From the NCBI GenBank assembly GCA_951406725.2, contig OX597837.1, forward strand, positions 21,142,001 to 21,206,000: a stretch of 64,000 nt of DNA, given 5' to 3'. The stretch comes from Octopus vulgaris (lineage: Eukaryota). Position 1 is the stretch's first letter. Each line of letters opens with the position of its first letter. Below are positions 25,544 to 37,340 of this stretch, in pieces. Below the pieces are notes generated by a model. The model had not been told where the DNA came from, did not search any database, and worked only from the letters and a program-made list of their open reading frames with translations. A program made the position numbers and the translations under genes.

Positions 25544-26767
25544 GTAAGTAGTAATTACATATTTTTACTTGTTTCAAACAGAATTTTTCTCTCTCTCTCT
25601 CTCAACAGATTCTTTCATTTTTGGCTGCAGGTATGGCTGTGTGGTAAGAAGTTTGCTTCTCAACCACGTTTCCAGGTTCAGTCCTGCTGCATGACACCTT
25701 GGGCAAGTGTCTTCTACTATAGCTTTGGGCTGACCAAAGCCTTATGAAACAGAAACTGAAAGAAGCCTGTCGTGTGTGTATTTTTGTGTCTGTTTGTCCC
25801 CTGCCACCACTTGATAACTGGTGTTGGTGTGTTTACGTCCCCATAACTTAACAGTTTGGCAAAAGAGACTGATAGAATAAGTACCAGGCTTAAAAAAGAA
25901 AATAAGTACTGGGGTCGATTCATTTGACTAAATATTGGACTGTGGCCATGCTGGGGCACCACCTTGAATCAACCCCAATATTTATCTCATGCTGTTAGTC
26001 TTTTTTGCTGAACCACTAAGTTACGGAGATGCAAACAACCCAACATTGGTTGTGAAGCAGTGGTGGTGGACAAACACACACAGACACACACAAACACATA
26101 CATACATACATGTATGTACATATATGTATGTACATACATACATGTATGTACATATATGTATGTATGTATGGATGAATGTACATGTACGTATGTATGTACA
26201 TACATAGATGTATGTATGTAAGTACGTATATGTACATGTATGTATGTACATATATATATATATATGTATGTACATATGTAAGTATGTATGTACATACATG
26301 TATATATATGTATGTACATACATGTATGTATACATGTATGCATGTACATACATATATGTGTGTATGAACAAATGAATGACAGGATTTTTTCAGTTTCCAT
26401 GTTCCAAATCCACTCACAAGGCTTTGGTCAGCACAAAGCTATGGTGGAATACACCTGTTCAAAGTATCATGCAGCGGGACTGAACCTGGAACCATGTAGT
26501 TGAAAAACAAGCTTCCTAGCACACAGCCATGCCTGCATCTAAAACAACCCCTTTGTCAATTTGACAAAATACCCACTCTCCTTATTGATATGGCTGTTGA
26601 AGACCCCAACTCATTTGCTTCAGCAGGGAACATTTTAATTGTTTGTAGAGAGATGAGACAATATAAGCAAAGTTCTTCTATTAAAGTAACTTTTGGCTTT
26701 TAATGGTTTCCCTTGAAATTTTCCCATTATTGTTGTGTGATCCACCATTCTAAGTAATGATATGAAG

Positions 26768-27651
26768 TAGTGTTTCTCAACAATTTTTTACCTATTGCTT
26801 CTTTGATTCCTATTTTGCTCAACTGAATCCTAGTCCTTAATGGTATTATATCTTTATATATAAAAGAAAGGTGTGTGTCTGTTACGATTTAGTTCTACTC
26901 CATTTTATAACAAAGAAAGGTTGTGTGTCTGTCTCCTACGATTTAGATTCCTAACTACTCCCACATTTTGCAGTGCAGTTTAACCAAAACCGGGTATCTT
27001 ATAGTCGTGATTCATATCAAGCCCTTCTGGGTATTAGCACGCGTCTACGATGAGTCTACAATTTAAAAAATAATTTACCATCATTTTTTTCCATTTTAAT
27101 GCATATTTTTTAAATATAAGAGAAGTAACTCTCTAAAAATGTCTACGATGAGTCAACAATTTAAAAAAAAATTTACCATAATTTTTTTTCCATTTTTATT
27201 GCATTTTTTGCTATTTTTTGGCTATAACTCTCTAAAAATGCTTTATAGTTATTTCCCTTACAAACCCGAGCAACGCCGGGCGACACTGCTAGTTTTATAT
27301 AAGAAAATTTAACTTGCAATTAAAAAGTAATAACTAATTTATTTAATACCATTCAAGAAATGAATTTTCATATATGGTTTCGACCCATAATTAGGTAATA
27401 TTTTACCCTTGTTTCAGTGAAAAGCCAAAATTAGAGGCATTTAACTGTTAATTAAAAAACTGAAATACTTATTTAGTCATTAAGAAATCTGATTATATTT
27501 ATGTTTAAATATTACAAGGAATTGTATAAAAAATATTGTTAAACAATTTTGTATATTGTAGAAATATAACCAATTTATTGCACATAAATTTTAACAGCAA
27601 AGTCTTATATGGACCCCTAATGGTCATGTGGACCCCAGTTGAGAACCACTG
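26768..27651. mobile_element. hAT (Charlie-like) MITE containing a Helitron
   Basis: TAGTGTTTCTCAAC / GTTGAGAACCACTG; flanks ATATGAAG / ATGTAAAG (6 of 8 match). Confidence 0.65.
26851..27292 (+). mobile_element. Non-autonomous Helitron
   Basis: A|TCTTTATATATAAAAG start, subterminal CCCGAGCAACGCCGGG hairpin, CTAG|T end. Confidence 0.8.
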
Positions 27652-28901
27652 ATGTAAAGTAATGGGGCACCAGGTATATGGTATGGAACCAAAAGCAGAA
27701 TGAAATTATTGTACTGCTTTGATTATCGTCCTTGTTATTGTTTTAATGTCTGCTTTGCCATATTTGCAGTGGAGTTTATTGAGGCAGATTGGATGCTCTC
27801 TCTGTTACCAACCCTCACCTGTCTGCAAACAGAAATATATCTCCATGACCAGACATCTTTTCACAGAAAATTGGAAATGAATGAAATTCATTTACAACAA
27901 TCATATGATGGCAAGACAAGAACATACACACACACACACACATCAGGCTTCTTTCAGTTTGTGTCGTGTCTCCCATATCCACTCACAAAGATTTAATCTG
28001 CCCAGGGCTATCATAGAAGAGATTTACTCAAGGTTCCATACAGTTGGACTGAACCCTAAATCATGTGGTTGGGAAGCAAACTTCTTAATTACATTGCCAT
28101 ACCTGTGCCTCTCATCAATATTTTACTGTCAATTTTCTCCTTGTTGGCATGAGTTTAAAAAATCTGCATTACAATATATATATATATATATATATACATA
28201 CATACATAGGCGCAGGAGTGGATGTGTGGTAAGTAGCTTGTTTACCAACCACATGGTTCCGGGTTCAGTCCCACTGCGTGGCACCTTGGGCAAGTGTCTT
28301 CTACTATAGCCTCGGGCCGACTAAAGCCTTGTGAGTGGATTTGGTAGACGGAAACTGAAAGAAGCCCGTCGTATATATGTATATATATATATATATATAT
28401 GCGTGTGTGTGTGTTTGTGTGTCTGTGTTTGTTCCCCTAGCATTGCTTGACAACCAATGCTGGTGTGTTTATGTCCCCGTCACTTAGCGGTTCGGCAAAA
28501 GAGACCGATAGAATAAGTACTGGGCTTACAAAGAATAAGTCCCGGGGTCGAGTTGCTCGATTAAAGGCGGTGCTCCAGCATGGCCGCAGTCAAATGACTG
28601 AAACAAGTAAAAGAGTAAAAGAATATTGCTCCTCTTCGCAGTCATATTTCATTTTGTGTATGAGGCACCAAATCCTGAGGAATGACTTTTCAATTTCTCA
28701 TCACTTCCTCTGTCAGTGCCAACATAGGCTACATCTTTGTTCAGGAGCCCTTGTCTATTCTCAAGACAGCAAACATATCTCTCTTTCTTCAGCTTCTATT
28801 TTTTTAGTTTTTAATTTAATGATTAATAAACCAAATATGATTGTCCGTTACAAAATTTGGCCTTCTATTCATTGAACTTAAATCGATATTTCATATTTCA
28901 G

Positions 28902-29031
28902 GGGAAATGGAGCGATGTTACTGGAAGAAGACTTTCACTGATTGTTTGTATGTTCTTTACAGCATTTGGATACAGTTTAATTGGTTTTGCATCTTCAATT
29001 GCTGTTATTGTTGCAGCACGAGTCATCTTAG
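28902..29031 (+). CDS. MFSD9: MFSD9-like exon 4 (GKWSDVTGRRLSLIVCMFFTAFGYSLIGFASSIAVIVAARVIL-G)
   Basis: TTTCAG acceptor, GTAAAT donor, 130 nt; contains MFS motif A GxxxDxxGRR. Confidence 0.95.
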
Positions 29032-29104
29032 GTAAATTTTCCCAAATTCCTTATTTCCTTCAAAAATAACTAAAGAGCTTTATTTTTTGTAAAAAGCACC
29101 CACT

Positions 29105-30202
29105 ACACTCATGGAGTGGTTGGCATTAGGAAGGGCATCCAGCCGTAGAAACATTGCCAGATCAGACTGGGCCTGGTGCAGCCTTCTGGCTTCCCAGACC
29201 CCAGTTGCACTGTCCAACCCATGCCAGCATGGAAAGCGGACGCTAAACGATGATGATGATACACTCATGGAGTGGTTGGCGTTAGGAAGGGCATCCAGCC
29301 GTAGAAACATTGCCAGATCAGACTGGGCCTGGTGCAGCCTTCTGGCTTCCCAGACCCCAGTTGCACTGTCCAACCCATGCCAGCATGGAAAGCGGACGCT
29401 AAACGATGATGATGATACACTCATGGAGTGGTTGGCGTTAGGAAGGGCATCCAGCCGTAGAAACATTGCCAGATCAGACTGGGCCTGGTGCAGCCTTCTG
29501 GCTTCCCAGACCCCAGTTGCACTGTCCAACCCATGCCAGCATGGAAAGCGGACGCTAAACGATGATGATGATGCACTCATGGAGTGGTTGGCGTTAGGAA
29601 GGGCATCCAGCCGTAGAAACATTGCCAGATCAGACTGGGCCTGGTGCAGCCTTCTGGCTTCCCAGACCCCAGTTACACTGTCCAACCCATGCCAGCATGG
29701 AAAGCGGACGCTAAACGATGATGATGATACACTCATGGAGTGGTTGGCGTTAGGAAGGGCATCCAGCCGTAGAAACATTGCCAGATCAGACTGGGCCTGG
29801 TGCAGCCTTCTGGCTTCCCAGACCCCAGTTGCACTGTCCAACCCATGCTAGCATGGAAAGCGGACGCTAAACGATGATGATGATACACTCATGGAGTGGT
29901 TGGCGTTAGGAAGGGCATCCAGCCATAGAAACATTGCCAGATCAGACTGGGCCTGGTGCAGCCTTCTGGCTTCCCAGACCCCAGTTGCACTGTCCAACCC
30001 ATGCCAGCATGGAAAGCGGACGCTAAACGATGATGATGATACATTCATGGAGTGGTTGGCGTTAGGAAGGGCATCCAGCTGTAGAAACATTGCCAGATCA
30101 GACTGGGCCTGGTGCAGCCTTCTGGCTTCCCAGACCCCAGTTACACCGTCCAACCCATGCCAGCATGGAAAGCGGACGCTAAACAATGATGATGATGATG
30201 AT
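29105..30202 (+). repeat. Tandem array of 7 x 156-bp RTE 3'-tail units
   Basis: Units start at 29105, 29261, 29417, 29573, 29729, 29885 and 30041, each ending in (GAT)n; the same sequence occurs as monomers at about 2150-2313 and 55460-55617. Confidence 0.95.
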
Positions 30203-30726
30203 TGAAAGGTTACAAGAATCTTCTCCAGTGGATCTTTATTTCCTCCCTCTATATGCAAATTACTTCAAAGTCAAGTCTTCTATGTTGCCCTAGCAACCCA
30301 GTTGGGTAATGTCATATTGCTATTTTTACTCTTCTGCTAGAAGGCCATATGTGTGGTAGCAGGATTTCGCCCCTTACTGTCCATAGAGCTCTGGGAAAGT
30401 CAGAAGTGGTTGTTGGAGAATTTCTACAACTTCACAAGCCCCAGTCTCTGGCCTCCTAATTCCGCCAATTGTAATCCATGATTTACTATGTGTGGGGCAC
30501 AGTTGAGAAAGACACCAGGTCGAACTCTGCCTGCAAAAGGAAGGCCAAGCTTCTGGCCAAGATCAAGGAGGTGTTTGAAGATCTTCCCATGGATACAGTG
30601 GAAAATGCATGTGTCAGGTTCTGGAGTAATCTTAAAGCCATCGTGGAAGCTAAGGGTGACTACTTTGAGTAAACTGTTATCTCCCGGCCATAATCTAGTT
30701 CCTATTTCTTAATTTTTTAAAATACT

Positions 30727-31035
30727 TTTAAGAAACACACAAAAACCGTTAGATTCACTTCAACATTTAAATTTAATTTGTCAAAATATTTTCGTCGCTT
30801 TGAGACTGCGACCTGTTCACTGACAAAACTTTGTGCTCAAAGTTTTGTCAGTGAACAGGTCGCGGCCTCAAAGCGACGAAAATATTTTGACAAATTAAAT
30901 TTAAATGTTGAAGTGAATCTAACGGTTTTTGTGTGTTTCTTAAATGGCTTATAAACACCATCCACGCTGCAATTGTTTTCATTCCAGCACACGATCTCAG
31001 TTCAGGTCACTTGCTATGCGAGTACATCTCCGTAA
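30727..31035. mobile_element. Fold-back (107-bp arms, 4-nt loop) plus tail; Penelope-like/retrozyme-like non-autonomous insertion
   Basis: 30727-30833 is the near-perfect inverse of 30838-30944; 13-bp duplication TAAAATACTTTTA at 30718-30730 and 31033-31045. Confidence 0.75.
30844..30894 (+). ncRNA. Minimal type I hammerhead-ribozyme-like motif, G3:C8 variant (mirror copy on - strand at 30777-30827)
   Basis: Stem I TTTGTCA/TGACAAA, core GTGAACA, stem II GTCGC/GCGAC, GAAA, palindromic ATAT, then UU. Confidence 0.6.
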
Positions 31036-31699
31036 AATACTTTTATTTCTGCATAACATATTGTGTTTTCTTTTCCTTTTATGCAAACTGTCAAATTTAG
31101 CCCAAACACTCTGTATGTATGTTTAAATATGTGTGTGAATGTATCTTTGAAATGATACCATGTGAAGACCAGTAGAATAAAATTCCTTACTTAAGCTCCA
31201 ATCGATCACTCCCACACTTTCTTCTAATATATAAATGGTAATATAGCTCCTCTACAGTAAGAAACATGTTCTTCTCTGGCCCCTGCTCTCTTATTTTTAC
31301 TCTATGTCTCCTCGCATAAAGTTGCTTCCTTGGGATTTATAATCTTGTGAAATGCATGGCAGCCTCACCAGTGTGGCACAAGAAAAGCACCCACTACATG
31401 CTGTAATGTAGTTGACATTAAGGACATCCAGTCAAGGTAACTGAGGTATGATGCAGTACTTGGAACCAGTATGAGGTGTGATGCATTACTTGCAGGTCCT
31501 GTAAAACCATCCAACCCATGCCAGCATGGAACATGGATGTTAAATGATGATGAAAAACAGATAACGGTTGGCAATAGGGAGAGTATTCAGCTGTAATATA
31601 ATACCTCAGTAAGTTTAAGTTTCATCCAACCCATACCAGCATGGGAAAAAAGGAAGTCATAAAAATGATGATGATATGTTTTACTCTATGTTGGCTTAT

Positions 31700-32520
31700 C
31701 CCTTTAACAATTAAACCTGCCATATCTGGTCCAAATATTCTACCTATTTTACGTTGAAACTCACCAGATCTAGCCTCTCACACCTATCTTACAATGTCAC
31801 TCTAAAAATAAGCAATCACATCTCCTAAATAGGCACAGGCGTGACTGTGTGGTAAGTAGCTTGCTTCCCAACCACATAGTTCTGGATTCAGTCCCATTGT
31901 GTGAAACCTTGGGCAAGTGTCTTCTACTATAACCTTGGGCCAGCCAAAGTCTTGTGAGTAGATTTGGTAGACAGAAACTGAAAGAAGCCTGTCATGTATA
32001 TGTATATATGTATGTGTGTGGTGTGCTTATGTCCCTGTAACTTAGCAGTTTGGCAAAAGAGACAGATAGAATAAGTACTAGGCTCACAAAGAATAAGTCC
32101 TGGGGTTGATTTTTTTCCAACTAAAGGCGGTGCTCCAGCATGGCTGCAGTCAAATGACAGAAACAAATAAAAGGACACAAGATAATGCGAGAGTTGCTGA
32201 AGCATGGAACAAACTGCCGGCATCAGTTGTTAGTTGTCGGAGCACTGCATCCTTCAAAACTTCCATGCTTTCTGAGATTCGCCAACACTACACCTGGTTT
32301 TCTCCCCTCCATACACACACAAGCATGTATCTGACTCATGCATTGTCCGCTTTCCAGACATTTGTACATTACTGCATATACTCTATACGCACTTTCTGAC
32401 AAGTTGTGGTGCACCTGAGCACTGTATACAATAATTTCATTATTATTATTATGATTAAAATTCAAAACAATGTGAATATGTAAGCATTACATTTGATAGA
32501 ATAATGTGAATGCTAAAGGG
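31700..32520. mobile_element. piggyBac-like MITE with nested SINE and LINE tail (family also about 57164-57788 and 63045-63258)
   Basis: CCCTTTAACA...ATGCTAAAGGG ends; other copies end TGCTAAAGGG|TTAA. Confidence 0.6.
32186..32451 (+). mobile_element. 3' end of a CR1/L2-group LINE
   Basis: RVAEAWNKLPASVVSCRSTASFK matches the WNxLPxxVV...SFK ORF2 C-terminal motif; short UTR and (ATT)n tail. Confidence 0.7.
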
Positions 32521-32557
32521 TCAGTAACGAAAAATCTCTTACCATCTCTTCCCTTAG

Positions 32558-32767
32558 GAATATTTAAACACAGTCTAAACATAAGCAAATCATTCATAGC
32601 AGATACCGTGCCACCATCAGAACAGTCTTCAGTTCTGGGAACATACAATTCATTTTCCAGCATCGGTTTCATTGTTGGTCCAACCCTGGGTGGCCACATA
32701 GCAGAATTGCCCGGTGGTTTCTTTCTAATGGCCAATCTAGCAGGTGTCATCTTTCTCCTGAATGCAG
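32558..32767 (+). CDS. MFSD9: MFSD9-like exon 5 (GIFKHSLNISKSFIAD...GFIVGPTLGGHIAELPGGFFLMANLAGVIFLLNA)
   Basis: CCCTTAG acceptor, GTAAGT donor, 210 nt; GIFKH and GFIxGPxxGG motifs typical of MFSD9/DHA1-type MFS proteins. Confidence 0.95.
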
Positions 32768-32862
32768 GTAAGTAATCTAACTTTTTTTCTTCTTCTCATT
32801 GTAATTTAGGTTCTCCTCAAAAAAATAGTATTTTATCAAGTTTTACTGTTTGTGAAATGTAA

Positions 32863-32910
<48 letters not shown>

Positions 32911-33410
32911 ATAATATATTTATTCTGTTGATTGTAAAATATAAAGTAATATATATTTTACTCTTTTACTGGTTTCAGTCATTGGACTGCAGCCATGAGA
33001 GGACAACACTACCTTGATGGATTTTAATCAATTATATCAACTCCCCTGTACTTGTTTTATTAATATCTATTTGTCCAACTGCTAAGTGACAGAAAGTAAA
33101 GGAATACCACATAATCAAATCCTACTGTGGTCAACTTAGCCTTTTCTCTATTTCCTGGTCGCACTGAATCATAAAATCCCATAGGATCTTTGTATTTCTA
33201 TTTTCAACGATGCCTTCAGGTATGTGATCGTACCAATTTTTTGCTCTGTCAAGTCTATACTTGTTGCAGAGGGTCCAATGGACAAGCCTGGCTATATTGT
33301 GGCATCTCATATTCCTTCTGAGCTAGTAGCGTACATTGGCTGGTAATATGCCATACTGTTTCACTGTTTTATCCAAAGATTCTGAACTTCTCATTATTAT
33401 TATTATTATT

Positions 33411-33942
33411 TTTCTTCTTTCAAATTTGCTTCCATTTCTTGCCAAGTGTCTTCCCGACTCCTAGGGCAAAGAAACTCATAGTATACATCGGTAGGCCATT
33501 AAACTAAACTCACTAGTTCGTTCATTTTTTTTTTTTTGATAGAAATAAAGTTAAATTAAAATACATGGGTAGTAATAGTTCTCACATCGACAATGCTCTT
33601 CTCAATATGTGTGATGTACCAGTTAAGACAATCTTCTGCACTTCTTGCAGGGATGGTAAGCCAGGGATCATTCTCATATACTTTTTGGTTCCCTTCTTGA
33701 TCATTTCTAGTGCTCCTATGATCACTGGTATTGTAACCGCCTTGAGATGCCACATTTTCTCAATTTCAATGAGCAGGTCTTTATATTTTCTGAGCTTGTC
33801 AAATTCTTTCGCCGAGATATTATGATCACAGGGGATGCTCATGTCGATCAATAAGCAAACTTTATTGTTTTGGTCTTTCACAACAATATCTGGTTTATTG
33901 GCTTTGATGGTTCGGTCTGTATGTACTGGAAAGTCCCACAGA
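33411..33942 (-). mobile_element. 5'-truncated R4/Dong-clade non-LTR retrotransposon (restriction-like endonuclease domain)
   Basis: LWDFPVHTDRTIKANKPDIVV...LLIDMSIP...KLRKYKDL...VTIPVIIGAL...GTSHILRRAL; (TAA)n on both sides. Confidence 0.85.
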
Positions 33943-33981
<39 letters not shown>

Positions 33982-34009
33982 GTTATTATTATTATTGTTA
34001 TTGTTATTA

Positions 34010-34062
<53 letters not shown>

Positions 34063-34108
34063 GTTGTTGTTGTTGTTGTTGTTATTGTTAATATTATTAT
34101 TGTTGTTA

Positions 34109-34139
<31 letters not shown>

Positions 34140-34140
34140 A
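33943..34140. repeat. (ATT/GTT)n trinucleotide microsatellite abutting the exon 6 acceptor
   Basis: Directly visible in the sequence. Confidence 0.95.
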
Positions 34141-34141
34141 G

Positions 34142-34527
34142 TGATTGTTTGGATACTGCTTCCCACTGCTCAAAGACCAACCAGAGCCACCTTACAGAGA
34201 TTAGATTCTGTGTTAAGCCCCAAAAAGTTAATCTCAGATGAAATCAACTTCAATCCTAAAAGATTTTTCCAATCCATGAGAAAGATAAAATGGAACCAGT
34301 TATGGGATATGTTTGCAATTCGATTCCTCTTGGGATTCTCCATCATTGTATTCCGCAGTAATTTGAACATTATGCTCCAGTCTCGTTTCAACATCTCACC
34401 ACGGCACAATGGTTACCTCACCTCCTACAGTGGAGTCGTTTCCACTGTAGCTGGATTCTTGGTGGGAAGTCTGACTAAACTATACAAAAATGAACCCAGG
34501 CTATTTTTGTCAATGTCTGTATTTCAG
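34142..34527 (+). CDS. MFSD9: MFSD9-like exon 6 (VIVWILLPT...WDMFAIRFLLGFSIIVFRSN...LFLSMSVFQ)
   Basis: TATAG acceptor at the end of an (ATT/GTT)n tract, CAG|GTAAG donor, 386 nt, phase consistent with exons 5 and 7. Confidence 0.9.
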
Positions 34528-35249
34528 GTAAGCAGGCCATGCCAATGCTGTTTCTTTGTATCTTTGCTTTTGTAACATTATTGATAGTATTAGATATATA
34601 TATGAGGTGGCTATTCGAGTATGATCATTACCAGCGTCGCCTTACTGGCACTTATGCCTGTGCTAGTAGGGTGCCAAGAACACCATCCGACCGTGATCAT
34701 TGTGATCGTTGCCAGAGCAGCCAACTGGCTTCCGTACCCGGAATTGTTAACAACGTCGCTTCACTGGCACCTGTGTCAGTGGCACGTGTAAAAAGATTCG
34801 AGCGAGGTCATTGCCAGTACCGCCTGACTGTACCCCCATGCTGGTGGCACGTAAAAAGCAGCCTCTACACTCTCGGAGTGGTTGGCATTAGGAAGGGCAT
34901 CCAGCTGTAGAAATTCTGCCAGATCAAACTGGAGCCAGGTAAGGTTGTTTATGGAAGGCCAGCAGCCACTCATGCATACCAGCCTCCCCTCTCCATGCCA
35001 CCGATATAATCCAAGGGAAAGGTAGATACAGCTTGGCACCAGTGACCTTGCTACTCATTTCTACAGCTGAGTGAACTGGAGCAACGTGAAATAAAGTGTC
35101 TTGCTCAAGAACACAACACACAGCCCGGTCTGGGAATCAAACTCACAACCTCACAATCGTAAGCTTGACACTCTAACCACTGAGTCATGCACCTTCACTA
35201 TATATATATATGTATGTATGTATGTCTGTATGTCTGTCTGTCTGTCACC

Positions 35250-35860
35250 TGGATCTCTTCTGGACAGTCTCCTTCTCTAAGTTGGTGAATGCTGCCATAA
35301 TCCTTGCCTTCAGTTCATCTTTGTTGTTACAAGAAGTTTTGTTGGTCTCTTGCTCAACTCCACACATAATAATCAAGGGAGTTTGCAGTCTGGTGAGTTA
35401 GGTGGCCAGACGTTAGGGGTGATGTGGTTACAGAAATTGTCTGACAGCCATGACTGGGTTCTCCTGCTTGTGCGGCATGGTGCAGAGTCCTATTGCCAGG
35501 CATAGGGTCTTCCAGCAGCCACCTTCTTGACCCAGGGCAGCACTACCTCCTCTACTTGATGTAGGCCTCTATATTGAGTCTGAGGCTATGTGGGAAGATG
35601 AATGGAGGCATAAGGTTGCCATCACTAGTGATCACTCAAAACACCATGATGTTGACCAGATGTTTGATTTTTATCACTCTCGGTATATGTTCATATTGGA
35701 GCTTCTGGTGTGAATGTCAAGCAGTATGGCATGTTGCTTCCAAAATTCTGGCGAAGTGAATTGCATCATGGTGCTGTTTTTCTCACAGATGGTGCTCAAC
35801 TGACCCTACTATACTGTGTAGTCAACAAAATCAAAAACAAACAATGCGCAAAAATTAAGA
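35250..35860 (-). mobile_element. Tc1/mariner-superfamily transposase remnant in MFSD9 intron 6
   Basis: Minus strand reads like VMVF.VITSDGNLMPPFIFP...PYAWQ.DSAPC...DNFCNHITPNVWPPNSPDC...DYYVWS.EQETN. Confidence 0.7.
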
Positions 35861-35894
35861 GTATATGGCAATAATTTACCCATTGCACACTGGT

Positions 35895-35915
35895 ATATAT
35901 GTGTATGTGTATATA

Positions 35916-35952
<37 letters not shown>

Positions 35953-36205
35953 ATGGATATATATATGTATGTATATATATATATGTGTGCATGTATGTAT
36001 GTATGTGTATATATGTGTGTGTATATGTATATATGTGTGTGTGTGTATAAATATATATATATGTGTGTGTGTATGTATGTGTGTATGTATATATGTGTGT
36101 GTATGTATGTGTGTATATATAAATGTATGTATGTATATATATGTGTATATATATGTATGTATATATATTTATTTGTGTGTATATGTATGTATAAATACGT
36201 GTATG

Positions 36206-36238
<33 letters not shown>

Positions 36239-36255
36239 ATGTATATGTATGTATG

Positions 36256-36312
<57 letters not shown>

Positions 36313-36335
36313 GTATGTGTGTATACATATATATA
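35895..36335. repeat. Compound (TG/TA/TATG)n microsatellite
   Basis: Directly visible; source of many spurious ORFs. Confidence 0.95.
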
Positions 36336-36370
36336 TTTCTAAAATGCATATATCTTATTTTCTATTTCAG

Positions 36371-36706
36371 GTGTTTATCCTATTTATGCTTGGTCTCAGC
36401 CAGTCTTTTATTGCCTTTGTAATATTTTTTGGTGCTCTTAGCTTGGCCACATCGGTCATGAGAGTAGTCGGAACAAGGCTAATGTTACTCCGAGGAGCAC
36501 AGGAAGGTTCTGGTATACTGCTAGGACTTAGTCAAAGCTTCATGTCTATAGCACGGATGATCTCTCCTTTCATTTCAGGCATTCTCATGGAAATCAATGT
36601 TTCAATTCCAGCCTTTCTTGGAGCTGGTGCCACAGTTTTAGCATCGATTCTCATTTTCTTATACCCTCAAGACAAAAGACCAGGCTTGAAAGTGAAAAAG
36701 TCTTGA
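36371..36706 (+). CDS. MFSD9: MFSD9-like terminal exon 7 (VFILFMLG...SIARMISPFISGILME...KVKKS*)
   Basis: TTTCAG acceptor, hydrophobic TM segments, TGA at 36704-36706. Spliced CDS totals 1272 nt = 423 aa plus stop. Confidence 0.93.
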   Translation: MFILFMLGLSQSFIAFVIFFGALSLATSVMRVVGTRLMLLRGAQEGSGILLGLSQSFMSIARMISPFISGILMEINVSIPAFLGAGATVLASILIFLYPQDKRPGLKVKKS

Positions 36707-37065
36707 AGAAAAATATGAATGAAACGATTTGATAACAATCTTCAAGAAGATTTTTTGCTGAGTTTTATGAGCCAAAAACACACACATACACACATACACA
36801 CACACACAATGATGGCCCATATCAGTGTGTGTGTGTGTATTTATATTGTTGTGGGCCATCAGTGAATGTGTATATATATATACATACACTCACACGCACG
36901 TACATACATATATACACATATATATATATATATGCATACATACACACACACACATTGTATTTATAAAAAATGTTTTTTTATTTTGTTATTGACAGTTGTT
37001 CCTTTATTGCTATTAATGTATCGTGTCATTTTAATGGGGCAATTGTCAACCTTGACAGAACGAGA

Positions 37066-37340
<275 letters not shown>

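Larger units (their letters stand above)
30340..31113 (+). mobile_element. Tc1/mariner-superfamily transposase 3' fragment, interrupted by the fold-back element
   Basis: WPPNSA.CNP and YYVWGTVEK...LKAIVEAKGDYFE; terminal TTTAGCCCAAACACTCTG-TA. Confidence 0.75.

Noticed and set aside
25987-26503. Multiple overlapping YVCM/HTYI ORFs
   Set aside because: (TATG/TACA)n expansion inside a SINE.
29080-30258. Long repeat ORFs on both strands (253 aa, 246 aa) and a superficially CRISPR-like regular array
   Set aside because: Units are near-identical with no variable spacers, derive from a LINE 3' UTR, and stay open only because the unit length is a multiple of 3.
33582-34575. Poly-Ile/Asn/Tyr ORFs of 194-246 aa
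   Set aside because: Microsatellite translation fused to the Dong fragment on one strand and to MFSD9 exon 6 on the other.
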